DNA of 64,000 bases from Malacoraja senta (GCA_038087875.1 CM075996.1:5830001-5894000); one strand, 5' to 3'. Shown: positions 36,419 through 49,943, counted from the stretch's first letter. A program made the numbers and translations. Notes: generated by a model from the sequence alone, not told the origin.

Positions 36419-37269
36419 GTAAGTAAAAGGCATCGAGTAAATAAGCTTCATGGAGCTGCCATTTGTTATTATCCAACCCATTCACCAACTAGAATAAACA
36501 AGCATTCTTCTCTTCCCCTCTGTCTGTCATTCTCTGTCCATCTGCCTTCCACCTCACTCCATGATCTAATCTCTCCCCATGCTGTGTCCTTCCACCACAC
36601 TCCTGGAATCCAACCTCTCTCTCCACTCTTCTTACCTTCACCCTACCCCATCATCCAATCTCTCTCCACCGACCTATCTGCCATCTTCCACCCCGTCACC
36701 ATAATCCAACCTCTCTCTCTCTCTCTACCTTCTGCCTGTCTCCTTCCACCCATTGATTTAATCTCTCTCCACCCTCTTGTCTATCTGCCTTCTTCCACGC
36801 CATCCTGTAATACAATCTCTCTCTCTCTCCACTCTGTCTCCTACTTTCACCTCACGCCATGATCCATCTATTTTGCCTTCTTCCACTCCATCCCGACAAT
36901 CTCGCCACCTTCTGCCTGTGTCCTTTCACCCCATCATAAAATCTCTCCCTCCACCCGTTGTCTATCTACCTTCTTCCACACCATCCCTACAATCCATCAT
37001 ACAATGTCTCTCTCTCCGCCTCCGTCTCTTTTCACCCCACCCCGATAATCCAATCTTTCTCACTCTCTGTGTCCTTCTTCCACCCCATCCCATGATCCAA
37101 TGTCTCTCTCTCTCCACCCTCTGCCTGTCTCCTTCTTTCTCTCCGTCATGTTCGGACATCTCTGTCTCACCCCACACCCATCTCTCCTCTCGATCATTGT
37201 CCGTCTACCTCTGTTTCCTTCCACCTCTGATTCATTCTCTCTTGCCTCCCTCTGCCTGACTCCTGTTCT

Positions 37270-37730
37270 CTCTCTCCCTCTCTCCCTCTCTCACTCTCTC
37301 CCTCCTCCCTCTTCCCCTCTTCCCTCTTCCCTCTTCCCTCTTCCCTCTTCCCTCTTCCCTCCTCCCTCTCCTCTTCCCCTCTTCCCTCCTCCCTCCTCCC
37401 TCTCTCCCTCCTCCCTCTTCCCTCTTCCCTCCTCCCTCTCTCCCTCTTCCCTCCCTCCTCTTCCCTCCTCCCTCTTCTCTCCCTCTCTCCCTCTCTCCCT
37501 CCCTCTTCCCTCTTCCCTCTTCCCTCTCCCTCCTCCCTCTTCCCTCCTCCCTCCTCCCTCCTCCCTCTTCCCTCTTCCCTCTTCCTCCTCCCTCTTCCCT
37601 CTTCCCTCCTCCCTCTTCCCTCTTCCCTCGTCCCTCGTCCCTCTTCCCTCTTCTCTCTTCCCTCTTCCCTCTTCCCTCCTCCCTTCCCTCCTCCCTCTTC
37701 CCTCTTCCATCTCTCTCTCCCTCTCTCCAT
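37270..37730. repeat. Polypyrimidine (CTCTTCC)n-type repeat
   Basis: Directly visible. Confidence 0.95.
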
Positions 37731-37949
37731 CACCGCCTGCCCATATGTCTCATTCCTCCACCCCACCCCATTGATTCCATATCTCTCTCCATCTTGTTCG
37801 GGTGCCTCTGTCTCACCCCACACCCATCCCTCCGTCAATGTCAAACTTCCATCTTTTTGATTCAATTTCTCTGTCCTCCCTTGGCCTGACTTCTTTCTCT
37901 CCATCTCTCTCCCCCATCCCCCCCATCCCCCCCCGTCCCCCACATGAAG

Positions 37950-38039
37950 CAGCCTCCATTGTTCGCTGCTGGGTACCCACCGCATGCTCCGACGATCAGC
38001 TCGCCCTGGGGAAGTGCCCTGAGACTGTCGGCGGCAGCG
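37950..38039 (+). CDS. PLEKHA4: Probable PLEKHA4 exon (QPPLFAAGYPPHAPTISSPWGSALRLSAAA)
   Basis: Tandem aag|cag| acceptor (37950 or 37953), GCG|gtaagt donor, phase 0/0; no recognised homology. Confidence 0.55.
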
Positions 38040-39593
38040 GTAAGTTCCAGCGGTGGTTCGAACCAATCCGGGGGACGTGCCGGCTCTCGACGACCTCCAA
38101 GCTGAGAGTCCAGGGACGCGGAGACTGGAAGACCAGACGGAGCCCAAAACGGGACAGACACTCCCCTACCCCCTCCCCCTGGAGAGACTCCCCCTCCCCC
38201 TTCCTCCTGGAGCCAAGTTTCTGGGTAACCCCAGGGGGGGTTAGGGGTGGATGAGCTGAATGACTGTGACCCCTGGGGGCAGAGACTAGGGGTTCTGTGA
38301 CTCCCCCCCCCCCCCCGCTTTGGGGACCACATTACCTGTTGCCTGCAGTATTAGAGCACATGGGCAAGAAAGCACACCAACCCCTTTACCTCCTTAGAAG
38401 GCTAAAGAAATTGCAGAGAGCTGCGGACGCAGCCCAGACTGTCACACAAACTAACCTTGTAGGAAGGAACTGCAGATGCTGGTTTAAGCCGAAGATAGGC
38501 ACACAATGCTGGAGTAACTCAGCGGGACAGGCAGCATCTCTGGATGGAAGGGATGGGTGACGTTTTGGGTCGAGATCCTTTTGCTCCTGTTTTCACACCT
38601 TCCACTTCCTTATCTATACACGTCCTTATCTATGCACCGCCCACTCCCCTGACATCAGTCTGAAGAAGGGTCTCGACCCGAAACGTCGCCCATTCCTTCT
38701 CTCCGGAGATGCTGCCTGTCCCGCTGAGTTCCTCCAGCATTGTGTGTCTATCTTCCACACAAACCAACCTCCCTTCCACTGACTCCATCTACACTTCACG
38801 CTGCTTCGGCAAGGCCACCAAGCATAATCATGGACCAGTTCCTCTTCTCCCCTCTCCTGACAACAAAGAGCTTGTCACTGTATCTCGGTACATGTGACAA
38901 TAATAAACTAACAATAGGCCACAGGGCTGGTCAAATTGGAAAGAGAGGGGTAGGGAGGTGACAGGTTTATCCCATTTAGTCATAAAGTGATACAGTGTGG
39001 AAACAGGCCCTTCGGCCCAACTTGCCCACACTGGCCAACATGCCCCAGCTACACTAGTCCCAGCTGCTTACGTTTGGTCCATATCCCTCCAAACTTGTCC
39101 TGTTCATGTACCTGTTTAAGAAGGAACTGCAGATGCTGGAAAATTGAAGGTAGACAAAAATGCTGGAGAAACTCAGCGGGTGAGGCAGCATCTATGGAGC
39201 GAAGGAAATAGGCAACGTTTCGGGACAAAACCCTTCTTCGGACTGATGTGAGGGCGGGAGGAAGAAAGGAAGAGGTGAAGCCAGAGGGCTGAGGGAGAGC
39301 TGAGGAGGGGAGGAGAAACTAAGGACAACCTGAAATTAGAGAGGTCAATGTTCATACTGCTGGGGTGCAAACTGCTCAAGCGAAATATGAGGTGCTGCTC
39401 CTCCTTTCTTCCTCCCCCCCCACCCTCCCCCCCACATTCACATCAGTCTGAAGAAGGGTTTCGACCAGAAACGTTGTCCATAGATGCTGCCTCACCCGCT
39501 GAGTTTCTCCAGCATTTTTGTCTACCTCCCGTTCATGTACCTTTCTGCTTTCTCTTGCCAAGTTTCCTCTAACTCTCCCTTTCCCTTCTACAG

Positions 39594-39695
39594 GGAAGCT
39601 GTTCGAGCTTCATCCAGCTCCCCCCTCGACCTCCCACCTCGCCTCGGGCCGGCTTCGTTCCTGTCCGGAGACTCTCCCTCGCCCCCTCCGTCAAT
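39594..39695 (+). CDS. PLEKHA4: PLEKHA4 exon (GSCSSFIQLPPRPPTSPRAGFVPVRRLSLAPSVN)
   Basis: ctacag|GGA ... AAT|gtaatc, 102 bp; QLPPRPP motif as in PLEKHA4. Confidence 0.8.
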
Positions 39696-41120
39696 GTAAT
39701 CACGGAGCCGGGGGGAAAACCAGGGAACGGGGAGGGACGGGGGGAGGGTCAGTGGGGAGGGGGGAGACTGGGAGGGAGCGGGACTGAGGGGAGTGGGAGG
39801 GAGCAAGGAAGAGAATGGGAATGGGTTGAGTGGGAGGGAAGAGCAGGGGGAGAGTAGAAATGAGGGGGGAGTGGAGTAGGCAGGAGAGTAGGGGGGGAGG
39901 GGGGGCAACGGGATGGGGTGAGCGGGGGGGGGAGGTGGAGACGGGGAGAAGGTTAGGGAGGGGGAACTTAGATCGTAAGAGTAGGGGAGAGCATAGTAGA
40001 AATGAGGGGAAAGTGTGAGGAGTGGAGTGGACAGGTGAGTGGGGGGAGGAGGAGGAGATTGGGAGTGGGGTGAAAACGGGTGTCAAAATGGGGAGGTAGA
40101 CAAAAATGCTGGAGAAACTCAGCGGGTGAGGCAGCATCTATGGAGCGAAGGAAATACAAAATGGGGAGTACATTGTCCAATGATTCTAGAATTGCTGCCT
40201 TGATTCGGGACTTTTCTAGAATGAGAGGAGAGAGAGAGAGACACACACGTGGGTGGGATGGGGGTGGTTGGGGCTGGGAGGGGTGCAGGGTTAAGGCAGG
40301 AAGCTTGTTTCAAACCAAGCTGACCTCGGGCAGAGTTTCTGGGAGAGGGCAGAGCGTTGGGTGGAGCAGTGGAAATACGCTGAGCAAAAGGACTCAGAGT
40401 GCTGGAGTAACTCAGCCGGGGTCAGGCGTGCAGCACATTACATAGGTGACGCTTTGGGTCGACTCTGAAGAAGGGTCTCAACCTGAAGCGTCACCTGACC
40501 ATGTTGTCCAGAGACGCTGCCCGACCTGCTGAGATACTCCAGCGCTTTGTGTCCTTATGTGTATTAACCTGCAATTCTTCATGTTTCCACAAAACACTGA
40601 ACAACGTTACTCACCAGCTGTTTGAGAAGGAACTGCAGATGCTGGAAAAATCGAAGGTAGACAAAAAATGCTGGAGAAACTCAGCGGGTGAGGCAGCATC
40701 TATGGAGCGAAGGAAATAGGTGACGATTCAGGGTCGAGACGTTCTCCAGCATTTTTGTCTACCTAACATTACCCAGAGAGTTGTGAATTTGTGGAATTCC
40801 CTGCCACAGAGGCCAAATCACTGGATGGATTTAAGAGAGAGTTACTGTAGATAGAGCTCTAGGGGCCAGTGGAGTCAAGGGATATGGGGAGAAGGCAGGC
40901 TTGATTGGGGACGATCAGCCATGATCACAATGAATGGCGGTGCTGGCTCGAAGGGCCGAATGGCCTCCTCCTGCACCTATTTTCTATGTTTCTACTCACC
41001 AGAGCAACCATGAGTTTGGACAATGTGGGGAGTCTCAGGGTTATTGTTTGTGGTTCATTGGGAGGTGTGGTGTGAATGGTCAGTTGGACACTAACACTGT
41101 CACTCTCTCTCTGTGTGCAG

Positions 41121-41189
41121 GGAGGTGCTGTCGAGATCTACCCGGAATTTACAGCAGATCCCATCAAAATGGCTGAGAGTGAAGTTGAC
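41121..41189 (+). CDS. PLEKHA4: PLEKHA4 exon (GGAVEIYPEFTADPIKMAESEVD)
   Basis: tgcag|GGA ... GAC|gtaagt, 69 bp; KxAESxxD motif of the family. Confidence 0.85.
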
Positions 41190-41224
41190 GTAAGTCTGGT
41201 TTTCAGCCTCTCTCGGATTATCCT

Positions 41225-41540
41225 TTAGTTTAGTTGAGAGATTCAGCGCGGAAACAGGCCCTTCGGCCCATCGGGTCCGTGCCGACCAGAGATCCCCGCA
41301 CATTAACACCATCCTGCACACACTGGGGACAGTTTTTACATCAACCAAGCCAATTTACCCTACGTACTTGTGCGTCTTTGGAGTGTGGGAGGAAACCGAA
41401 GATCTCGGAGAAAACCCACGCAGGTCACGGGGAGAAGGTACAAACTCCGTACAGACAAGCACCCGTAGTCGGGATCGAACCCGGGTCTCCGGCGCTGCAT
41501 TCGCTGTAAGGCAGCAACTCTACTGCTGCTCCACCGTGAC
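41225..41540 (-). mobile_element. V-SINE/HE1-type SINE (full length)
   Basis: Complete head-to-tail homology with the other copies. Confidence 0.8.
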
Positions 41541-42159
41541 TGCCCAAAAAAATATCCATTGGCCTGGCCTCCACAGCCTTCTGAATTCCACAAATTCACC
41601 ACCTTTTGACGAAAGAAATTCCTCATCATCTCCTTCCTAAAGGAACATCCTTTAATTCTGAGGCTGTGACCTCTAGTCTTAGACTCTCCCACTAGTGGAA
41701 ATATCCTCTCCACGTCCACTCTACTTTAAAGATATCCATTGACTTGGCTGTTATCAAATTGGGCCGAAGGGCCTGTTTCCACACTGTATGACTCTAAGCG
41801 CTGTAAGGCAGCAACTCTACCGCTGACCCACCGTCACCGGCAATCTTTTATTCCTCTACAAAATGTCTTGATTAATTGAAAGATACAGCATGGAAACAGG
41901 CCCTTTGGCCCACTGAGTCCACGCCATCCATCAATCACCCGTTCCCACTACCTGTTTTCACACCTTACACGTCCTTATCTATGTATCGCCCTCTCCCCTG
42001 ACATCAGTCTGAAGAAGGATCTCGGCTCGAAACGTCACCCATTCCTTCTCTCCAGAGATGCTGCCTGTCCCGCTGAGTTACTCCAGCTTTTTCTGTCTAT
42101 CTACCTGTCTATTTGCACGTTTTCCCATCCAGTCCCTACACATCAGGGGCAATTTACAG

Positions 42160-42600
42160 AGTCAAGTCAAGTCACTTTTATTTCTATAGCACATTTACAA
42201 AACAACTCTCGTTAACCAAAGTGCTTGGTGGAGGTACTAACGTTAATACAACAGTGGTTCATAGATTAAATACATACATAAATACATACATATAGCCCTC
42301 CCTCAGAGGACGTCAAGAAAGGCTTGAGAGTAAAGATGAGTTATTAGTCTCGACTTAAAGGAGTCGATGGAGGGGGCAGTTCTGATGGGAAGAGGGATGC
42401 CTGCTGTTCCACAGTCTAGGAGCTGCAACCGCAAAGGCGAGGTCACCCCTGAGCTGATGCCTAGACCGCGGGATGTTCAGTAACCCCAAGTCGGCCGATC
42501 TGAGGGACCTGGAGGTGGTGTGGTGGGTAAGCAGACTTTTGATGTAGGTGTGCTAGGTAACCCCGTTAAGGGCTTTGTAGACATAAAGGAGGATCTTGAA
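42160..42600 (-). mobile_element. L2-type LINE 3' fragment
   Basis: Homologous to 20825-21130. Confidence 0.75.
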
Positions 42601-42864
42601 ATTTATTCGGAACAGAGGCCAATTAACCTGTAAAACCACACGTCTTTGGGATGAGGGAGGAAACCGGAGCACCTGTGGAAATCCACACAGTTGTGAGAAA
42701 AACATGCAAACTCCACACAGACAGCAACTAAGGTCAGGATCAGAATGGTGTCTGTGGCGCTGTGAGGCAGTGGGTTTACCAGCTGCACCACTGTGCTAAA
42801 CCCAACTCTTTACATCAGCTCTTAAGATAAACAAAACCATTTCAAGAACCGTTTTCAGATTCAA

Positions 42865-43550
42865 CAGGCACAGGGCAGTGCCATAATCTGGAGTAAAACT
42901 CCTTCCTCGCTGTCCCGTCAGTTGTCCCAGAGGTAGCAGAATAGAGCTGAGATACAAAGTAAAACTCCCTCTACACTGCCCCATCAAACACTCCCAGGGC
43001 AGGGACAGTGTGGGCTGGATACAGAGTAAAGCTTACTCTTCACTGCCCCTTCAAACATTTCCAGGTCATGGAAAACTAATGTTAAATACAGAGTAAAAGT
43101 CCCCCTGCACTGTCGCATCAACCACTGTAGGGCAGGAACAGCATGTTCTCCCCAGAGATGCTGCCTGTCCCGCTGAGTTAAATACAAAGTGAAGTTCTCT
43201 GTTGTTTAAGAAAGAACTGCAGATGCTGGAAAATCGAAGGTAGACAAAAATGCTGGAGAAACTCAGCGGGTGAGGCAGCATCTATGGGGCGTCGAAACCC
43301 CGAAACGTTGCCTATTTCCTTCGCTCCATAGATGCTGCCTCACCCGCTGAGTTTCTCCAGCGTTTTTGTCTACCTAAGGTTCTCTCTTCACTGTCGTATC
43401 AAACACTCTCAGGGCAAGGACAAAATGGGTTAGCACCCTTCTACACTATCATATCAAACTCACCCAGGGCAGGGCACCACGGGTTGGACACAGAGGAAAG
43501 CTCCCTCTACACTATCCTGTCAAGCTCTTAATGATAAGGGCAGTGTGGGT
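42865..43550. repeat. Diverged tandem repeat of about 65 bp (AAACTCCCTCTACACTG..CCATCAAACACTCCCAGGGCAGGG..GATACAGAGT)
   Basis: About 7 degenerate units visible, interrupted by a Penelope-end palindrome. Confidence 0.7.
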
Positions 43551-43614
43551 TGGATGGTTTTGTATGTTCTTCAGTTGTTGTTTGGATCTGATGATCCCTG
43601 CGTTGTATCCTCAG

Positions 43615-43695
43615 GTGCTGTTGACCAGGTTGTGCGGACAGGACAGAGTTCTCCAGGGACTTGTGGCCGAAGCAACTCCACTCAAAATAGAGAAG
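43615..43695 (+). CDS. PLEKHA4: PLEKHA4 exon (VLLTRLCGQDRVLQGLVAEATPLKIEK), GC donor
   Basis: ctcag|GTG ... AAG|gcaagt, 81 bp; LLTxLCGQDRxL matches PLEKHA4. Confidence 0.9.
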
Positions 43696-43914
43696 GCAAG
43701 TCAAAAATAACCATTGGTATGTCCAGCAGCTGATGCTCTCCCCTCCCAATCCACCATACCAAATTCCCCTCACTTCTTCCTTCCTTCCCTCTCGGACAGA
43801 TCAGAGTCTAAATGAGACTTCGGCCCTGATTAGTTTAGTTTAGATATACAGCGGAGAAACAGGCCCTTCGGCCCACCGGGTCCTCTCTGACTAGCACTCC
43901 AAGTGCACTAGCAC

Positions 43915-44437
43915 CAAAGATCCTATAGCAAGCAAGATGGATCACTCGACGAAAAAGATGTAGTACGGTCATGGGCAGATTCATGGGTAATATTCGGCCC
44001 CATTTCCGTAACCGGCTTCCGTCTCCACACTCCTATCCAAACAAAGATCCAATAGCAAAGATCCAAAGATCCTAGTGCAAGTTTAATACAAACATCAACT
44101 CAAACACAGCACATGAGCCATTTAAAAAGAAATTTAAAAAAAACTTTTTAAAAAAAAGAAAAAGAAAAAAAAAGAAATAAAAAAAAGAAAATTAACAGAA
44201 TTATAATTTATTGACATATTAATCATTAACAAAAAATAGCAGAATTATGAATTGACAGAATTATGAATAAAGGGTCTATATCACACACACAGACTGTCTC
44301 CCCGCAACGCTGATTACACTGCGAGAGGGTTACTGAAATGGCTGACGAAAAGGCTGACGTTCCGCTCTGTAGCGTACTACATGTCAGCCCATGGGTTTTA
44401 GCAGGAGTGGTCTATCTTGCTTGCTATAGGATCTTTG
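43915..44437. mobile_element. Non-autonomous DNA transposon with CAAAGATCCTATAG TIRs (P- or hAT-like)
   Basis: About 33-bp TIRs; CTAGCAC duplicated on both sides; splits a SINE. Confidence 0.8.
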
Positions 44438-45796
44438 CTAGCACTGTCCTGCACTCTAGGGACAATTTACAATTGTTACCAAAGCCAATTAACCTCCAAA
44501 CCTGCACGTCTTTGGAGTGTGGGTGGAGACCGGACGGAGCACCCGATGAAAACCCACACATTCTCAGGGAAAACATACAGACAGCACCCATGGTCAGCAT
44601 CGAACTCTGGTCTCTGGCGCTGTAAGGCAGCAACTCTACCGCTGCGCCACCGTGCCTCCCGAATGATATTCAATGTCCTCTCACTTCCCTATTGTGTGAA
44701 TTCAATGCCGATGAAACTGTGCACGATGTTTCACTCCAATGTTCAGGCAAGGATTTCTACCGCCAACTCTGGACACGGGACTTGCAGCTGCTTTTGGCCA
44801 AAGCGAGTGTCTGTAAGGGGCGTATGAGAGGAGCAGGGGGGTGGGCGAGATGAGAGGAGCAGGGGTGGGGAAGGAATTCAAGACATGAACGCATTAGAGA
44901 CTAAACTGTACCTCTGCACACTGTCCCATCAAACGCTGCCCCAAATGGGGGCGCAACTCCATTCAAGGAGCCCAGGGATTGTGGAGGGGATGGGACTGAA
45001 ACTGCAGGGAGAGGGTGTAAGAGCTGGAGTGGACGCGGGTGGTGGGGAGGGTGGTTTCAGCAGTGCAAGCGGGACATAGAGGTAATGACACAAGTGTAGG
45101 GGTTGGAGGATGTTCAGGGAAGAGGGTCTGGGAGGGTTGGAGATGGGGGGAGGGAGGGCCAGGGGTAAGGAGTCATACAGCGAGGAAATAAGCCCTTCAC
45201 ACCAGTTTGCTCTCACCGATCTGTAGGGGGTAGAGATTACAGAGGGACAGAATGCAGTAGAAGCTGGAGGAGGTTAAAGGTAAAAGGGTGGCACAAGCTG
45301 GAGGGAGCTATGGAAGGAGGCTGGAGAGGGTTATAGATGGAGGGGGCGGGGGGTAGGAGCAAAATTAGGCCATTCGGCCCATCAAGTCTACTCTGCCATT
45401 CAATCATGGCTGATCTATCTCTCCCTCTCAACCCCATTCTCCTGCCTTCTCCCCATAACCCATACTAATCAAGTCAGTCTGAAGAAGGGTTTCGGCCCGA
45501 AACGTTGCCTATTTCCTTTGCTCCATAGATGCTGCTGCACCCGCTAAGTTTCTCCAGCATTTTGGTCTACCTTCAATTTTCCAGCGTCTGCAGTTCCTTC
45601 TTGAACAAAAATCCATCCATCTCTGCCTTTAAAAATATCCACTGACTTGGCCAGAGGGGAGGGTTGTAGGAACTGGGGGAGGTTGCAGCAGAGGGAATTT
45701 ACCGAGGAGGTTTGACAGGGGAGGTCTGCCCAACACAGGCACTCTGCCAAGGGGCACAGCGAGCGTTGATCGATGTGCACACTGATCTTTCTCTAG

Positions 45797-45946
45797 GACA
45801 AGCTGGAGGGAGCTCTGGAAGTGACCCGCGGCCAGTTGGCGGAGTTTGGGGGGCAGCAGAACATCGGGAAGAGGTTACTGTGCCAGCAGCAGATTCTGCA
45901 GGAGGAGCTGATCCAGACCCGGGCCAGGCTCTGCGACCTCTCCATG
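45797..45946 (+). CDS. PLEKHA4: PLEKHA4 coiled-coil exon (DKLEGALEVTRGQL...QQILQEELIQTRARLCDLSM)
   Basis: ctctag|GAC ... ATG|gtaagt, 150 bp, phase 0/0. Confidence 0.92.
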
Positions 45947-46730
45947 GTAAGTGCGCACATCGCCTCGCTCACCGGTAGAGCGGAGTGATGGGAGGTAACC
46001 CATCTCGGAGCGGCCGCAGCTCCCCGGCGCCAGGCTCAGTGTTGGAGGGAGACTCCCCTCGGAATCCAAGACCCACACCAATTGCTGGTTGGAGTTGGGT
46101 GCCCGCCTTGAATCCCCTACCCCCAGCTGGAGATTGAAAGAATACCCCTTGTCCACCATCTCAATGGCTCCACGGTGCTTTATTGTCATGTGTGGACTGC
46201 ACAGTGAAATTCTCTCAGCATAGATCACACATGCACGACTCGCCATGTTTTGGCGCCATTTACAAAGAGTCCAAAGTCCGGTCCAAGCGCTGGATGTACT
46301 GGAGTGGCTCCTGATCCAGGCGAGCCCCAGGCTGCTGCAGGGCCTCCTCTGTCACCCTCGACCGGCTCGGCCCACCAACCGACGTCCCCCTCCGCGCCCG
46401 ACCACCTTTGTGGACGAGGGCTCCAGAGAGAACTGGCACCTTCAGTACCATGGCAAATGTAACCGAATCGTGCCTTGTCATTCTTTTTTCTTAGTTCAGA
46501 GATACAGCGTGGAAAAATAGGCACTTCGGTCCACCAAGTGCCCATTTATCAAACGCCTTTTAACAGTCCATATAAACAGCTTCCACCTCCATTTTACCGT
46601 CAGGGCAGGTTGAACATCTCTGTGGAAATGTTCATGTCCCAATCTCCCTGCTCATGCCCACCCCGACTCTAACCATGCTGAACCTTGCACTAAACGTTAT
46701 TCCCTTATCATGTATCTATACACTGCAAGG

Positions 46731-47138
46731 CAAAGATCCTATAGTGGAGCAAGATAGACCACTCCTTCTAAATGCAATGGGCTGACGTGTAGTACGCAAC
46801 GTGGGCCTTTTTTTCATCCATTTCAGTAACCCGACCCGACCCGACTCGCAGTGTAATCAACGTTGCGGGGGGAACAGTTTGTGTTGATAAATTATAATTC
46901 TGAAAATTCTGAAAATGAGGAGAAGATTTTTACCAAAGAACTTTGATTTTTACAAGGATGTTCCCGTAACCGGCTTCCGTCTCCGCACTAGTTATCTTTG
47001 CTCCGCTGTGATGGGATCTTTGGTGCGGAGACGGAAGCCGGCTACGGAAATGGGGCCGAAAATTACCCATGAATCTGCCCATGACCGTACTACGTCTTTT
47101 TCGTCGAGTGATCGATCTTGCTCGCTATAGGGTCCTTG
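46731..47138. mobile_element. Second copy of the CAAAGATCCTATAG-TIR element, opposite orientation
   Basis: 8-bp TSD CTGCAAGG at 46723-30 and 47139-46; internal homology to 43915-44437. Confidence 0.82.
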
Positions 47139-47387
47139 CTGCAAGGGGTTGATTGTAATCGTGTATTGTCTGCCCGCTGACTGGTTAGCACGCAACTAAA
47201 AACTTTTCACTATACCTCTAAATAAACTAAACTGAACTGGGTATGGAGAGAAGGCAGGTACGGGATACTGAGTTGGATGATCAGCCATGATCATATTGAA
47301 TGGCGGTGCAGGCTCGAAGGGCCGAATGGCCTACGCCTGCACCTATTTTCTATGTCTATGTTCTAACTCTTTTCCACTCTGGGACAG

Positions 47388-47486
47388 GAAATGGAGCAGG
47401 CTTGGAGCGAGTATGAGTTCCTGGAGGAGGAGCTGGAGTGTCTCCGTGCCCCCCGAGAGCTGATGAGCCGTTGTGGGGACCCCCAG
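47388..47486 (+). CDS. PLEKHA4: PLEKHA4 exon (EMEQAWSEYEFLEEELECLRAPRELMSRCGDPQ)
   Basis: gacag|GAA ... CAG|gtacgg, 99 bp. Confidence 0.9.
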
Positions 47487-48999
47487 GTACGGCACGCATG
47501 CTGCTCACTTCCCTTCACACCTCGTATGTTGATGGAGCCAGCATGTCCTGTCTGTGTGGGCGCTGGTTTTACACCGACGATAGCCGCAAACATGCTGGAG
47601 TAACTCAGCGGGACAGGCAGTATCTGTGGAGGGAAGGAACGGGTGACGTTTCAGGTGGCGAACCTTTCTGTGTCCAGGACACAGACCCCTCCACAGTATG
47701 GACATGCAGCGGCACCACCTCACAGTCTGCAGTCTGTTCTGGCCATTGCCATCACTTGGTCTGTTGAACTGAAGATTTAGAGGGAGTTTTAGAATGGAAA
47801 CAGGTCCTTCAGCCCACCGAGGATCACCTTGCGCAAACCACCCGTCCACTAGTTCAATCTTGCACACTAGGCCCAACTTATAAAAGCCCAATTAACCTAC
47901 AAACCCGCATGACTTTGGAATGTGGGCGGAAACCTAGAGCACCCGGAGAAAACCCACGCGGTCACAGGGAGAAGGTACAAACTCCGTGGTCAGGATTGAA
48001 CCCGGGTCTCTGGCATTGTGAGTCAGCAACTCTACTGCTGCACCATCTTGGTTCAATCACCAAGTGCAAGGAATAGACAAGCAGCGCTGCATTCTCACAA
48101 CGACACTGATGTAACGCCTTGCATTCAGCCACCTCTCACAGAATCATACAGCGCAGCAACAGGCCCTTCAGCCCTCTCTCTCCAGGCTGACCATCAAGTA
48201 TCTCCCTCTACTGATCCTGTGTACTCTTATGTCCAGACACACTCGGATACAAACAGGCATTTACATACAAAAGCATATGTATTAGCAAAGACACGCACAA
48301 AAACGTATGTATTAGCAAAGACACGTAGGCAGAGTTGGCCAGAGACCCTGTGTGGAATTCATTGCCACAGACGGCTGTGGATGCCAAGACAATGGATAGT
48401 TTTAAGGTGGACATTGATGGATTCTTGATTAGTACGGGTGCCGGGAGTTATGGGGAGAAGGCAGGATAAATGGGGTTGAGAGGGAAAGATAGATCAGCCA
48501 TGAATGAATGGTGGAGTAGACTTGATGGGCCGAACAGCCTAATTCTGCTCCTAGAACATGAACTTACGATAAGAAATCTCTGGTTATCAGGTCACCTTGG
48601 GTCTTGGACAACTGTTCTGGGATGTGATTAGCAGTTAAAAATAAATTAATTTGATTTATAAGTTTCTAATAGAGGAAAATGATTGCAATTGCAGCTCTAT
48701 AAAGATGTAGTCAATGTAATAAAAAAAAAAGAACTGCAGATGCTAGTTTATACCAAAGCTAGACACAAAATCGTCATGTGATAGGAGCAGAATTAGGCCA
48801 TTCGGCCCATCAAATGCTGGAGTAACAACGGGTCAGGCAGCATGTTGTCCATTTGAGAGTTGATTGGAATGAATCCATATTGGCATTGAGTGGTTGGTGT
48901 GACTGGATTGTGGTGATTGCTGGATCTGGGTTGGTGATTGTGGTGGGATCACTGAGGGGGCTCTGGACGGACGCAGTGACAGCGGCTGTGTTTCTCCAG

Positions 49000-49108
49000 G
49001 AGCGAGCAGCAGCCCAGCGGGACCTCTGGATGATGCAGGACGTGATGCTGGGCCTCCGCAACAACAAAAACAACTTCCACGTCGCAATAGAGTCGACCAG
49101 GCACCCAG
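49000..49108 (+). CDS. PLEKHA4: PLEKHA4 exon (ERAAAQRDLWMMQDVMLGLRNNKNNFHVAIESTRHP)
   Basis: ctccag|GAG ... CCAG|gtaaca, 109 bp, phase 0/1. Confidence 0.9.
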
Positions 49109-49144
49109 GTAACAGTGTGAAACGTTGATCGCAGCAGTCCTCGC

Positions 49145-49574
49145 TGTCCCCCCTCACTGGGGGTCGGGACACACACACACACACACTGACTCTCACTGGG
49201 GGACGAGTCACACACACACACACACACACTCACACACACACTGACCCTCACTGGGGGATGGGTCACACACACACACACACACGCACGCACACACTCACAC
49301 ACACACACACACACGCGCACACACACACACACACATGCACGCACGCACACACACACGCACACGCACACACACACACACACACACACGCACACACACACAC
49401 ACACACACGCACGCACACACACACACACACACTCACACACACACACTGACCCTCACTGGGGGATGGGTCACACACACACACTCACACGCACGCACACACA
49501 CACGCACACACACACACGCACACACACACACACACATGCACGCACGCACACACACACACACACACGCACACACG

Positions 49575-49605
<31 letters not shown>

Positions 49606-49743
49606 ACGCACACGCACACACACGCACACACACACACGCACGCACACACGCACGCACGCACGCACACACACGCACACACACAAACACACACACTGACCCT
49701 CACTGGGGGACGAGTCACACACACACACACTCACACACACACG

Positions 49744-49802
<59 letters not shown>

Positions 49803-49844
49803 ACGCACACACACACACACACACTGACCCTCACTGGGGGACGA

Positions 49845-49943
<99 letters not shown>

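Noticed and set aside
35483..36862. 459-aa ORF as a standalone gene
   Set aside because: It overlaps the GC-rich PLEKHA4 exon and runs into a CT-rich intron; recognisable motifs lie partly in other frames.
36777..38147. Several long ORFs
   Set aside because: Low-complexity pyrimidine tract.
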